A stretch of DNA of 64,000 nt from an uncultured Chloroflexia bacterium (GTDB taxonomy: Bacteria > Chloroflexota > Limnocylindria > Limnocylindrales > CSP1-4): NCBI GenBank assembly GCA_963832105.1, contig CAWHSS010000003.1, positions 50,046 through 114,045 of the forward strand. The letters are read 5' to 3'. Below, one piece after another: positions 31,000 to 41,626 of this stretch. A model generated the notes under the pieces. The model worked only from the letters and a program-made list of their open reading frames with translations, did no database searches and was not told the origin of the DNA. The stretch's first letter is position 1. The number at the start of each line of letters is the position of its first letter. A program made the translations under genes and the position numbers.

Positions 31000-33081
31000 C
31001 GGCCGGACACGATGCGCCGCGAGGTCGACCACTTCGCCCCAGGCGCGAGGTCGGGCCGTCGCGGCGCGCCACTCGTCACCTGCGTTGTGGACGACCCGGC
31101 GGCCATCGAAGAGCTCGTCGAACGTCTCGCCGTCGACCCGCTCGTGCTCGACGAGGTACGCGGCGAGCCGGCGGAGCGTGTCCATGTTGTCGATCAGCGT
31201 CCGACAGGCCTCGGCGTACGCGCCGTCGAGGATCGAGCGGATCGCGCGCGTGGCCGCGGCCTGGACGTCCGACGGCAGGCTTCGGCCGCCTGGCAGCGGG
31301 ACGAGGAACGACAGGCTGCCGCGGCCGGAGACGCCGTGATCGCTGGCCTCGGGGTCGCGGCCCATGCCCCATCGGGTGACCATCGCGACGGCGATCTTGT
31401 TCGCCTCCTCGAAGTCGTTCGAGGCGCCGCCCGTGACCTCGTGGAAGAGGAGCTCCTCGGCCGCCCGGCCGCCCATCAGCGCGACGAGCCGAGCCCGCAG
31501 GTCGGACTCGGACGGCAGGTCGTTGTCCTCCTGGCTGCTGACGGTGACGCCGAGCGCCTCGCCGTGGGCGAAGAGCGAGATCTCCTCGACTCGGCGCTTG
31601 TCGCCGTGGACCTTGCCGCAGATGGCGTGACCGACTTCGTGGGCCGCGATGATCGACCGCTCGCGCTCGTCCATCGACCGCCGGCGGGACGTCCCGACGG
31701 CGACCTTGAGCCAGCCGCCGTGGAGGTCCTCGGTCTGGATCGAGCTCGCCGGATCGGCGGGCCGCGAGGATCGCGGCCTCGTTGAGCAGGTCGGCGAGCA
31801 TGCGCCCCGGAGAAGCCGTAGGTCTTGCGGGCGAGTGTCCTCGAGGTCGATCGTCGGGGCCAGCGGCTTGTTCCGGGCGTGGACCGCGAGGATCGCCTTG
31901 CGGCCGGCGACGTCGGGCAGGCCGACGTGGATCTTGCGGTTGAAGCGGCCCGGTCGGAGGACGGCCGGGTCGAGGATGTCGAGCCGGTTCGTCGCGGCGA
32001 TGACGATGACGTCGTCGGTCGTCCCGAAGCCGTCGAGCTCGACGAGCAGCTGGTTGAGCGTCTGCTCGCGCTCCTCGTGGCTGTTCGGGCCGCCGCGGGC
32101 CTTGCCGATGGCGTCGAACTCGTCGAAGAAGATGACGCCGCGGCCGAGCTTCCGGGCCTGCGCGAACAGGTCGCGGACGCGCCGCGCGCCGACGCCGACG
32201 TACTTCTCGACGAACTCGGAGCCCGAGGCGTGGTGGAACGGCACGCCGGCCTCGGCCGCGACGGCGCGGGCGAGCATCGTCTTGCCGGTGCCGGGCGGGC
32301 CGTAGAGCATGATGCCGCGCGGAATGCGCGCGCCCAGCTTGTGGAACCGCTCCGGTGACTTGAGGAACTCGATCGTCTCGGTCAGCTCGAGCTTCGCTTC
32401 GTCGCAGCCGGCGACGTCGTCGAGGCGGACCGCGACGATGAGCGGGTCCACGACGGGCGGCTCGACCGAGCCGTCCGCGCGTGGGGCCCCCGGCATGATC
32501 GTCCGGAATGACGAGCTCTCGCGCTGCCCCGAGCCGTTCCGGCGGGACATCCGCAGGACGAGCATGAGCGTGATCACCAGGATCCCGACCGGCAGGACGA
32601 TGCCCATGATGTTCAGGCCCGACTCGGTCCGAGGCCTGCTGACCTCGAGGGCCTCGGTCGTCAGGAGATTGCTGTAGCCGAGCGCGGTGAGCGCCGAGAC
32701 CGCTTCTCCGGCGGTGACCGTCAGGTCGACGGGAATGACCTGGCCGTCCTTCGTCCGGACGAGAAGCGTCTGGGTCGGCTGGCCGGAAGGCCCGGTCGCC
32801 TCGGCGGCGGTGATCGCCGTGACCTCGCCTGCCTCGACGTGCCGCTGGAGCTCGACGAGCGACCAACCCTCGACGAACGTGAACGTCGGCGCGGTGACGG
32901 TCGAGCCCGCGGGCGCGGGCGGGTTGGCGCGGAGCAGGTACAGGGACGTCACGGCGGCGATGGCGAGAACTGCGGCGACGGTCACGACGGCGGCTGCCCA
33001 TGGCCGGCGGCGGACCGCGGCGGTACCGCGTACCGAGAGTCGACGGAGGTTGCGCTGGAGGCGGCGAGGATCGGGGGTCAT
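31000..33081 (-). CDS. ftsH: ATP-dependent zinc metalloprotease FtsH; at least 1 apparent frameshift near 31900 and an uncertain 3' end
   Basis: Two N-terminal TM helices; AAA+ Walker A GPPGTGKT, Walker B VIFFDEFDA, SRH ATNRLDILDPAVLRPGRF; HEVGH zinc motif. LADLLNEAAILAARR is in the alternate frame (ORF 31076-33001). No in-frame stop before 30175, so the real terminus is presumably reached through another shift. Confidence 0.8.
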
Positions 33082-33318
33082 GGCATCGCGGTGTGACGGA
33101 TCAGAAGCTTCCCGATCGTGGCCGATCCCTGGCCCGCTCGAACATCACCCGATTGGGTGATGACCCCTGCGTCATCTGACGGATATGCGCAGGAGCTCGC
33201 GCGCTTCGGCAACCGGCCAAGACGTTTGGCGGAGGATACTCCGAGTCCCCCGGGGCTTGCACAGCGCGGCGGTTGCGGGACGGATTCCGTTGAGGAACCG
33301 CGGATCAGAAAAGGGGGG

Positions 33319-33394
33319 TGGAGCGGGAGACGAGGTTCGAACTCGCGACATTCAGCTTGGAAGGCTGACGCTCTGCCAACTGAGCTACTCCCGC
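33319..33394 (-). tRNA. tRNA-Gly (anticodon TCC), 76 nt with encoded CCA
   Basis: Minus strand reads GCGGGAGTAGCTCAGTTGGCAGAGCGTCAGCCTTCCAAGCTGAATGTCGCGAGTTCGAACCTCGTCTCCCGCTCCA. It has a 7-bp acceptor stem, D-loop AGCTCAGTTGG, anticodon loop CTTCCAA and T-loop GTTCGAA. Confidence 0.9.
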
Positions 33395-33515
33395 CCGGCT
33401 CGGCCCCAAGAGGATACTCGACTCAGGCGAGGGTTCAGGACCCTGCCCTCTGGTCGAGCGTCGCGTCCGGACGTAAGGTGCAGGGACTTGCCGGGGGTGC
33501 GGAAGGAGGTCACTC

Positions 33516-33896
33516 ATGAAGCTCAGCAACCTGCTCATGGTTGCGGCCGTGATCGGCGCGGTCTTCGGAGTGGGGTTCGTGGTCGCCAGCGGACCGCTGC
33601 TGGCGATCTACGGCATCACCCTGGACAAGGCGGGAACGCTCGTCGCGCAGCTCTTCGGCGCCGCGCTGATCTCCTTGTCGGTGCTGAACTGGTTCGCCCG
33701 CAATGTCACCGACCCGGAAGCGCGGCGAGCGGTAGTCCTCGCGAACCTGGCCGGTGACGTCGTTGGATTCGTCGTGATCCTGCTTGGCCAGCTGGCGGGC
33801 ATCTCGAACGCCCTCGGCTGGTCGAACGTCGCCATCTACCTCCTGCTGGCCCTTGGATTCGCCTACGTCCAGTTCATGGAGCCGCGCCGCACCTGA
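33516..33896 (+). CDS. small integral membrane protein (4 TM), hypothetical
   Basis: GGAAGGAGG RBS 6 bp upstream of the ATG. 126 aa, four hydrophobic helices. Confidence 0.6.
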   Translation: MKLSNLLMVAAVIGAVFGVGFVVASGPLLAIYGITLDKAGTLVAQLFGAALISLSVLNWFARNVTDPEARRAVVLANLAGDVVGFVVILLGQLAGISNALGWSNVAIYLLLALGFAYVQFMEPRRT

Positions 33897-34092
33897 GGGC
33901 GAACCAACAAGGCCGCCACGGATAAGGCAGCCGGGGCCGCGTCCGCCCTGCCTTTGAGGCGTCTGTTCGGAGAGGCGTGAGGATTCCGCCCGATGGCAGC
34001 GACCTCGGGCGAATTGAGGATGTGGACATCGAACGGCTCCGGTCCTCAGGCTCCGAACGTTTCGGAGCGGGCCGGGTCCACAGGAGGGACTG

Positions 34093-34410
34093 ATGTCCGC
34101 ATCAACCCGCACCGTCCAGCAGACGCTGGGCACCACTCGCCAGATGGCCGCGGCACTCGTTGCCGTCGCGCTGGCGATCGTCCTCGCCGCCGTCCTGGCC
34201 TTCAGCCAGATCGCGGCACCGCAGGCCAAGACTGCGCCGGCTGCCGGCACGGCTCCGGTGTTCGTCGACCACGGCTCACGCGACGAGATCACGTGGCCCG
34301 GCTCCGTCATCGGCGTCGACCGGGGATACAGGGACTACGGCCCGACGAGCAACGCCGCCAAGGGCGAGCTCAACTTCGGATCGACCGGCCCCGGCCCTCA
34401 GCCGCGGTAA
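34093..34410 (+). CDS. small secreted/anchored hypothetical protein (105 aa)
   Basis: CAGGAGGG RBS. N-terminal signal-anchor MAAALVAVALAIVLAAVLAF. Convergent with the CHRD gene. Confidence 0.45.
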   Translation: MSASTRTVQQTLGTTRQMAAALVAVALAIVLAAVLAFSQIAAPQAKTAPAAGTAPVFVDHGSRDEITWPGSVIGVDRGYRDYGPTSNAAKGELNFGSTGPGPQPR

Positions 34411-34465
34411 TCGCGTCAGCGGGCCGATCGCGCTGATCGGCCCGCTGAAATTCTGCCGGAGCTCC

Positions 34466-35012
34466 TAGTCGTCGTCGCCGTCGACGGCCCTGATCTGGGC
34501 GCGGATCTCGCCGCCCGGGAACTTCGTCGAATGGACGTTGACGTAGGCGTGTCCGGCGCGCATCGCCTTGATGAGCTCGCGAACGCCCCTGCCTCGATCC
34601 CCTGCACGGCCGGTCCGACGACGTCACTCGCGTCGACATCGCCGGTCACCGTGCCCGAGGTCGGGCACATCGGCGGGTTGGTGCCGGCCGGCGCGGGAGC
34701 TGCTGCCGTCTGGCACAGCCAGATCGAGATCCCGCCGTTGACCGCCCGCTTTCCGAAGTGGATATGGGACTGGGTTACGGCCGCCTCGAGGCGAGAGAAA
34801 CGGAGCTCGTAGTGGAGCGTGGTGCCGTCGCTGGAGAGCCTCGCCTCGAACGATCCGCGCGCGACCGTCGAGATGTCCGGGTTCTCTTCGTAGCCATTGA
34901 GCGGACTCGCCTTGAAGTTCCTGGCCTCGCCACCAGCCAGGGCATTCGCGCCGACCACGATGAGCAATGTGAGGGCTCCGAGAGCCACGGCACGGAGCGT
35001 ACGTTTCGACAT
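34466..35012 (-). CDS. secreted CHRD domain-containing protein; apparent frameshift about 34560-34600
   Basis: Signal peptide; HIHFGKRAVNGGISIWL is the CHRD signature. C-terminus ...GHAYVNVHSTKFPGGEIRAQIRAVDGDDD* is recovered in a second frame. GAGGAGG RBS upstream of 35012. Confidence 0.7.
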
Positions 35013-35185
35013 TCCAGCCTCCTCTTCCGTCGGACCTCCTGAGGCGGCTCGAACTCTCGAGGCAGCCTCATAGGGTCATACGGAGAGGATCTGGATCCGG
35101 TTTTGCCGCCGCTGCGCGGCGAGCGACTTCGGAGCGCCAGTCAGAGGCGTGTCGGAAAGGCCGTGGCGAAGGGCGCCGTCTCGAC

Positions 35186-36183
35186 CTAGTCCTCGCTTCG
35201 TCGCAGCCAGCTCATCGGCCGCTTGGCGGGGATCGACTGGAGGAGGGCGCCGGTGCCGCCGACCGTCCGGCTCACCGCGGCCGTGACCGTGTCATCGGAG
35301 ACGCTCACTGGCTCATCGGCTCGGGTGGCCGCGCCGGCCTGATCGGCATCGACGGAGGATTTCGACGGGGTCGGGCGTGGAGATAGCCTCGGGCGCGGCT
35401 GCCCACGACTCGACCGGCTCCGCCGGTGCCGCCGGATCCATGACGCCGACGACCTCGGGCTCGTCCGCGGAGGCGGGCTCCACCACGGCCGTATCCGTGT
35501 CCGCCGGCGCCTCGGCGGCGACGGCTCCGCCAACCGCATCGAGTGCCGGGAAGGCCGGGCGCAGGGCCGCCTTCTGGGCGATGAGGATCGGGTCCGTCTC
35601 GCGGTCCAGGTTTTCGAAGTAGGCCGAGACCTCCGCTCGATACGTGGCGATCGCCGCGTCGATGCCTTCGATCTCCTTGTCGATCTTCGAGCCATGCTCC
35701 GCGAGGCTCGCCGCGAGATCCTCGCGGACTGCCGTCGCCCGACGCTCACGCTCGAGGTGGATTTCGAGCCGTCTCGCGGTCGACCCACGCGTCGATCGCG
35801 GCCATGTCCTCGTCGGCGAGCTCGCGCATGCGATCGGCTTCGGACGCCTTCCGGGCATGGACCCTGTCGATCTCATCCTGTCGCCGGCGATCGATGTCCT
35901 CGCTGATCCTGATGCGCTCCAGGCCGGCCGTCGCCTGCATGGCCCGAGCGAGCTCGGCGATGAACGCTGACCCGTCATCGGCGGCCAGGGAGTCGCCTCC
36001 GATTTCGGGCGTCTGCGCGCGGGGTCTCGGCTACTACGGAGACAGGGGCGTCCTCGTCGATGACCTCTTCGGCGGACGGCGTGCCGTCACTCAGCTCAGC
36101 GTCGGTCGCCGCGGCCACATCGCCGAGCGGCTCCGCAATGCCGACGGCATAGTCCGGGCTTACGCCGTTCGCGCTCGAATTCA
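35186..36183 (-). CDS. acidic coiled-coil protein of unknown function (paralog of 21993-22988); at least 2 apparent frameshifts
   Basis: Assembled from ORFs 35975-36349 (MNSSANGVSPDYAVG...), 35746-35940 (...AELARAMQATAGLERIRISEDIDRRR...), 35313-35978 (LEIHLERERR...AIATYRAEVSAYFENL...VGVMDPAAPAEP) and the tail of 35186-35788. Confidence 0.5.
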
Positions 36184-36411
36184 TCGGTCGCTGTTGACTC
36201 CAGATTGCTCTGCTCGGAGTCGAACTGTGACCACTGGTCAGACACGTCAGAACCCTCCCCTGTCTCGCCGCTACCGACGCTCCCGGCTCGTCGCGCGCTA
36301 CGACCGGGTGGCAGATGTTAACGAGGGTGCTGATAGGAAGCAATGCCAAAGATTTGAGATTCGTTGAAATTGCGCGCCGCAGGTCGAAAACGAGGGCGGC
36401 CGGCGGTCACG

Positions 36412-38055
36412 TCAGCCCTTGACCTTGCTGCGGTCCTTGAGGATCTGGCCGGCGGCCAGTTTGCCGGGAGCACCCATGACGCAGCCACCGGGATGCGTCC
36501 CCGAGCCGCACTGGTAATAGCCGTCGATCGGGGTCCGGTATTGCGACCAGCCCGGGGCGGGGCGGAAGAAGAACATCTGCGGCGCGAGGAACTCGCCGGC
36601 AAAGATGTTGCCCTCCGACAGGCCGACCGTCCGCTCGATGTCGAGCGGCGTCCGGATCTCGCGCTGGAGCACGAGCTTTCCGAAGCCCGGGAAGAACGAC
36701 TCGAGCGTCCGCTGGACGTTGTCGGCCATGTTCTCCCGCTCCGTGTCCCAGTCGCTCTCGCGGAGCTTGTACGGCGTGTACTGGACGAAGCAGCTCATGA
36801 CGTGCTTGCCGGGCGGCGCCATGTCCGGATCGATCGTCGACTGGATCGCGCAGTCGAGATACGGCCGCGTGCTGTACCAGCCGTACTTCGCGTCGTCGAA
36901 GGCGCGCTCGAGGTACTCCATCGTCGGGCCGATGTTGGTGAAGCCGCGGTACTGGTCGCCGCGGTCCGCGAGGGCCGGGTACGTCGGAAGGCCGTCGAGG
37001 GCGAAGTTGACCTTCGACGACGTCCCCTGGAAGCGGAACCGCCGGATGTTGTCGACGAGGTCGGTCGGCAGCTCGAGCGGGTCGACGAGCTCGAGGAAGG
37101 TCCGCCGCGGGTCGATCGCCGAGACGACGATGTCGGCGTGGTACTCGCCGCCGTCGGCGAGCGCGACGCCCGTCGCCCGGCCGTTCTTGGTGATGACATT
37201 CGCCACTGGCGACTCGAGGGCGATCTCCGCCCCGAACGCGCGGGCCGCCCGGGCCAGCACCTGGGTGAAGCCGCCGTTGCCCCGCTTGTGGAACGCCCAC
37301 GCGCCGAAGACGCCGTCGTGCTCGCCGATGAAGTGATAGAGCAGGACGAGCCCTGAGCCCTGCGAATACGGCCCGACCTTGGTCCCGATGATGCTCGACG
37401 AGGCGAGGTAGCCCTTCAGGATGTCCGACTCGAAGTAGTCGTCGAGGAAGTCGGCGGCGGAGCCGGTCAACAGCCGGACGGCATCGTGGAGCACCTTCGG
37501 CTCGAGATCGCGGAAGCGTCGCCCCAGCCTGGCCAGGGCGAGAAGCTCCGCGGGATCATTGCTGAAGATGTCGGGCGGGACCTCGTCGAGGAGCGGCTTG
37601 ATGACCTGGAGGACCTTGGTGATGTCGTGCTCGAACGCGTCGTAGGCGTCGGCGTCGTGCTTCGAGTGGCGGGCGATCTCGCGGATGTTCTCGCCCCGGT
37701 CCTGGCCGAGGAGGAGATAGTCGCCGTTCTCCATCGGGGCGAACGTCGAGGGCATCAGCAGCGGCATGAAGCCGTGCTTCGTCAGCTCGAGGTCGTGGAT
37801 GATGTCCGGACGGAGGAGGCTGAGGGCGTACGAGAAGGTCGTGAACCAGAAGCCCGGCCGGAGCTCCTCGGTGATCGCCGCCCCGCCGACCACGTTGCGC
37901 CGCTCGAGGATCAGCGTCCGGAGGCCGGCCTTGGCGAGGTAGGCGCCGTTGGTCAGCCCGTTGTGGCCGCCGCCGATGACGATCGCGTCGTAGCGCCGGT
38001 CGGTTGACGTCGCCTTCGTCGTCGAGGTCTTCTTCGGTGATGTCGTCGTCGGCAT
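36412..38055 (-). CDS. NAD(P)/FAD-dependent oxidoreductase, phytoene-desaturase (CrtI)/amine-oxidase family
   Basis: Intact 547 aa. YDAIVIGGGHNGLTNGAYLAKAGLRTLILERRNVVGGAA dinucleotide-binding fold; C-terminal GSGTHPGGCVMGAPG, typical of the CrtI family. Confidence 0.85.
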   Translation of the reverse strand: MPTTTSPKKTSTTKATSTDRRYDAIVIGGGHNGLTNGAYLAKAGLRTLILERRNVVGGAAITEELRPGFWFTTFSYALSLLRPDIIHDLELTKHGFMPLLMPSTFAPMENGDYLLLGQDRGENIREIARHSKHDADAYDAFEHDITKVLQVIKPLLDEVPPDIFSNDPAELLALARLGRRFRDLEPKVLHDAVRLLTGSAADFLDDYFESDILKGYLASSSIIGTKVGPYSQGSGLVLLYHFIGEHDGVFGAWAFHKRGNGGFTQVLARAARAFGAEIALESPVANVITKNGRATGVALADGGEYHADIVVSAIDPRRTFLELVDPLELPTDLVDNIRRFRFQGTSSKVNFALDGLPTYPALADRGDQYRGFTNIGPTMEYLERAFDDAKYGWYSTRPYLDCAIQSTIDPDMAPPGKHVMSCFVQYTPYKLRESDWDTERENMADNVQRTLESFFPGFGKLVLQREIRTPLDIERTVGLSEGNIFAGEFLAPQMFFFRPAPGWSQYRTPIDGYYQCGSGTHPGGCVMGAPGKLAAGQILKDRSKVKG

Positions 38056-38056
38056 G

Positions 38057-39256
38057 TCAGGCCGTCCTTCGCTCGGGGTTGTACAGGGGCAGTCGTGTCA
38101 CGTGGGCGTCGAAATACTCGTAGCGGTGGCTCACCGCGAGCTCGAGCTTCACTCGCGAGCCCGGCGCCGTCCGGTCGAGCGGCACGCGGGCGAGGGCGAT
38201 GTGGCGCTGCAGCATCGGCGAATACATGAGGCTCGTCGCGTAGCCAAGCTGCTTGAGATCGTCGTCATAGATGTAGTACTCGTCCTCGATCGGCGTGTGG
38301 TCCTTCGGCGGGATGAGCCCCGCCTCGTCGAAATGCCGGTCGTATTCGCGCCAGTCGAGGACGAGACCGGTGAGCTTCCAGCGAGACGTCTTGTCGGCGA
38401 TCTCGCGGGCGATCGCTTCACGGCCGAGGAACGCTCGGTCGTTGCTCGCGAGGTCCTTGAACATCCAGCCGAGGCCGAGCTCGATCGGGGTAGAGCGGTG
38501 GGCGTCCGTCCAGGCGAACCGGCTCGACTGAAAGTCGACGTCGAGCAGCAGCAGCCCCGCTTCGATTCGGGCCATGGACAGGGCCGTCAGCCCGAACGGG
38601 ATCACGCCGCGCCCTTTCGACGCCTCGACGACCGCATCCCAGACGGCGACCGCGTCGTCGGCGGCCGTCCAGATCTCGAAGCCGAGATCGCCCGTGTAGC
38701 CGGTCCGCGACACGGTCACCGGCACGCCACCGACCTTCGCCTTCGTCAGTCCGAAATACTCGAGCTTGCCGACTCGCGGATCGAGCCCGGCCAGGATCGT
38801 CCGCGAGCTCGGGCCCTGGACGGCGAGGACGCCGAACTGCTCGGAGACGTCCTCGATCTCCACGCGGTGGCGGCCGACCGCGTCGGCGAAGTAGGCGAAG
38901 TTCGGCTCGGCCGACGTCAACATGTAGTCGTCGGCTGCGTGGCGGAGGACGACGCCGTCCTCGACGACGTAGCCCCGTTCGTCGCACCAGATCGTGTACT
39001 GGCCGTGCCCGACCGGACACGCCCGGATGTCGCGGGCCAGGATGCCGGCCAGGAATTGCTCCGCATCGGGCCCGTGGATCCGGTACTTGAAGAGCGGTGA
39101 CGAGTCGAACAACCCGGCGCTGTTGCGGATCGCGAAGTACTCGAACTTCTCCGAGATCTGGTACTTCGCGGCAGACAGGTAGCCCGACCAGTGCGCCCAC
39201 AGGCCGGTCTCGTTCGCGGCGCTCGTGCGCTCGTGGAAGGGCGAGGTTCGGATCAT
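38057..39256 (-). CDS. aminomethyltransferase (glycine-cleavage T-protein, GcvT) family folate-binding protein
   Basis: FDSSPLFKYRIHGPDAEQFL...GYTGDLGFEIW are GcvT-family motifs. Internal Met at 39256 is preferred, giving about 400 aa. Confidence 0.8.
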   Translation of the reverse strand: MIRTSPFHERTSAANETGLWAHWSGYLSAAKYQISEKFEYFAIRNSAGLFDSSPLFKYRIHGPDAEQFLAGILARDIRACPVGHGQYTIWCDERGYVVEDGVVLRHAADDYMLTSAEPNFAYFADAVGRHRVEIEDVSEQFGVLAVQGPSSRTILAGLDPRVGKLEYFGLTKAKVGGVPVTVSRTGYTGDLGFEIWTAADDAVAVWDAVVEASKGRGVIPFGLTALSMARIEAGLLLLDVDFQSSRFAWTDAHRSTPIELGLGWMFKDLASNDRAFLGREAIAREIADKTSRWKLTGLVLDWREYDRHFDEAGLIPPKDHTPIEDEYYIYDDDLKQLGYATSLMYSPMLQRHIALARVPLDRTAPGSRVKLELAVSHRYEYFDAHVTRLPLYNPERRTA

Positions 39257-39337
39257 TTTGGCGGCATGTCTCCGGACGGTCCGGCGACGATAACGGCTAT
39301 TGGACGAATGCGCAATATCGTCTAGTCTGGTGGGACG

Positions 39338-39952
39338 ATGGCCCGACTCAGCCGATCCGACCGGCGCGAAACGATCGTCGCTGCGGCCCTCGCCGTGGCT
39401 CGCCGGAAGGGACTGGCCGCCACGACCGTCCGGGACGTCGCCGCCGAGATGGGCACGTCGAGCGGCCTCGTTCACCACTACTTCGAGAGCATGGACGACG
39501 TCCTCGCGGCGGCCTTCGCCCAGGTCGCCGAAGCCGATCTCGCCCGGTCCGCCGCGGAGATGGCGGCGGCCGAAGGTCCGGTCGCGGCGCTCGCCGCGTT
39601 CTTCCGGACCTACGCACCAGCCGACGCCGACTGGGCGTTTCAGCTGTGGCTCGACGCCTGGGCAGAGGCCGCCCGGCGGCCGGCTATCCAGGCCACGTCG
39701 CGCCGGCTCAATCTCGCCTGGCAGAGCCTCCTCGAGAAGGCGATCGAGGATGGCGTGGCCGCTGGCACGTTCGCCACGGCGGATCCCGGGGCCGCGGCCT
39801 GGCGGATCCTGTCACTCGTCGACGGACTCGCCCTCCAGGTCGTCGCCCACGGAACGACCATTGGACGGGATGACGTGGAGCGCTGGGCGGCGAGGGCCGC
39901 GGAGCTGGAGCTTGGCCTGGAGCCTGGGACGCTCGGCGGCGAGGCGGGCTGA
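39338..39952 (+). CDS. TetR family transcriptional regulator
   Basis: HTH ATTVRDVAAEMGTSSGLVHHYFESMDDVL. Divergent from the GcvT-like gene, 81-bp spacer. Confidence 0.8.
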   Translation: MARLSRSDRRETIVAAALAVARRKGLAATTVRDVAAEMGTSSGLVHHYFESMDDVLAAAFAQVAEADLARSAAEMAAAEGPVAALAAFFRTYAPADADWAFQLWLDAWAEAARRPAIQATSRRLNLAWQSLLEKAIEDGVAAGTFATADPGAAAWRILSLVDGLALQVVAHGTTIGRDDVERWAARAAELELGLEPGTLGGEAG

Positions 39953-39995
39953 GGAGGCGGGCTGAGCTTGTTCGCGGGCGCGGGCGCGCCTTCGC

Positions 39996-40388
39996 TCAGC
40001 GCTTGCGCTCGAGGATCGGGCGGGCGCGGTCAGGATCGTCGACGACGAATGCGAACATCGCCCGATCGCCCCATCGGCCGAGGAACAGGTGGCCGTAGAT
40101 GTTGACGCCGGCATCGGCGAGCTGTCGCGACAGCGCCGCCATGCCGCCCGGCCGGTCGTCGACCTCGGTGAGGATCGACTCGCCCTCGATGAACGTGTAG
40201 CCGCCCTCCTCGAGGACTGCCTTGGTCGTGTCGTCGTCGGCGGTCGTCATGATCACGTGGCCCGAGTCGCCGATCCCGCCACCGCCGATCGCCCGAAGGT
40301 CCACGCCACGCGCGGCGAGCGCCTCCGCCAGGTTCGCCATCGCACCGGGCTCGTTCTTCAGCTGGACGACGAACTGGTTGGCCATCAA
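39996..40388 (-). CDS. ACT domain-containing protein (tandem ACT)
   Basis: 130 aa, two beta-alpha-beta-beta-alpha-beta ACT-like halves (FVVQLKNEPGAMANLAEALAARGVDLRAI... / TEVDDRPGGMAALSRQLADAGVNIYG). Confidence 0.7.
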   Translation of the reverse strand: MMANQFVVQLKNEPGAMANLAEALAARGVDLRAIGGGGIGDSGHVIMTTADDDTTKAVLEEGGYTFIEGESILTEVDDRPGGMAALSRQLADAGVNIYGHLFLGRWGDRAMFAFVVDDPDRARPILERKR

Positions 40389-40698
40389 ACCCTCCGACGG
40401 TTGCGGTGGAGGGCGATTCTAGCGCCGCGGGTCGTCGCACCGTTGGCGGCCGCGGTGCGGACGGCACGCCGCGGAGAACCTAGGCCGCCGGCAGCTTCGC
40501 GAGGATGGCGAGGACGATCAGCACGGCGAGGAGGAGCAGGCCCTCCACCATCTCCCGGCGTCGGGCAGTTCGTGGGGCGTGCCGGTTCTGATCCGATCCG
40601 CTCCGCTTCGTCGTCGCTTCCATGCGCGAACGCTAGGCTCGGGCCAAAACCGCTGGCTATGGTACGTTCCGGCCAGGGTCGGAGGGCCCGATCTTCGC

Positions 40699-41598
40699 GA
40701 GGCAAGATGACCGACACGAGCGCGACGGCGACCACCGGCGGGGCGGAGAACCTGGCGCCCGACGTGGCCGCTGCGTTGGCCGCACCGGCGCCGCCGTCGG
40801 AATTGACGGTCGAGGCCGCCGGCATCCCGTTCCACGCCCTCGCCTGGGGAGCCCCCGACGCGCCTCCGGTCCTCCTGCTCCACGGAGTCACCTCGGCCGC
40901 GAGGACCTGGTGGCGCGTTGGACCGGCGCTCGCTGCCGCCGGGTTCCGCGTCGTCGCGCCGGACCTGCCGGGCCACGGCGAGACGAAGCACTGGCTGGGC
41001 CACCACCGGTTCGGCGACAACGCGGCGGATCTCGTTGCGTTCGCCAGGGCAGCCGGCCTGGAACGCCCCGACCTCCGGATCGTCGGCCACAGCTGGGGAG
41101 CGATGACCGCGGCCGCAATGCCGGCGGCGGGCCTCATTCCCGCCACGCTGGTCCTGATCGATCCGCCGGCCATCCCGCTCCCCGCCCTCAAGGCCATGCT
41201 CGAGGACCCGGTCGAACGCGCCTACGACGACCTCGACGAAGCGGTCGCAACGGTCGGTCGCCTGAATCCGACGTGGCCGTACGGCGACGTCCTCGCCAAG
41301 GCCGAGGGCCTGACCCAGTTCGACGAGGCGGCCGTGCGCGCCGTGCTCACCCAGAACGGCGACTGGGACGGCGGCCTCGGCGCGTCTGGCCGATCCCGCC
41401 GCGCAGGACGTGCCCGTCTGGCTGATCCGCGGCGATCCGGCGTTCGGCGGCTACGTCCCGGACGCCGTCCTTCCTGACTTCGCGGCGCGCCTCGGTGCGG
41501 AGCGGATCATCACGATCGCGCGGCGCGCCCGCACTCGCCGCAGCGGACGCACCCCGAGGCGCTGGTCGCGGCCCTGCTGCGCGCGCTCGAGGGCTGAA
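40699..41598 (+). CDS. alpha/beta-fold hydrolase; 2 apparent frameshifts near the 3' end
   Basis: PVLLLHGVTSAARTWW...GHSWGAM nucleophile elbow (G-H-S-W-G). C-terminus continues in ORF 41410-41685 (VWLIRGDPAFGGYVPD), then a third frame up to ...LLRALEG*. Confidence 0.65.
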
Positions 41599-41626
41599 CG
41601 GCCGCGCCCCTCGGGCCCTCAACAAT

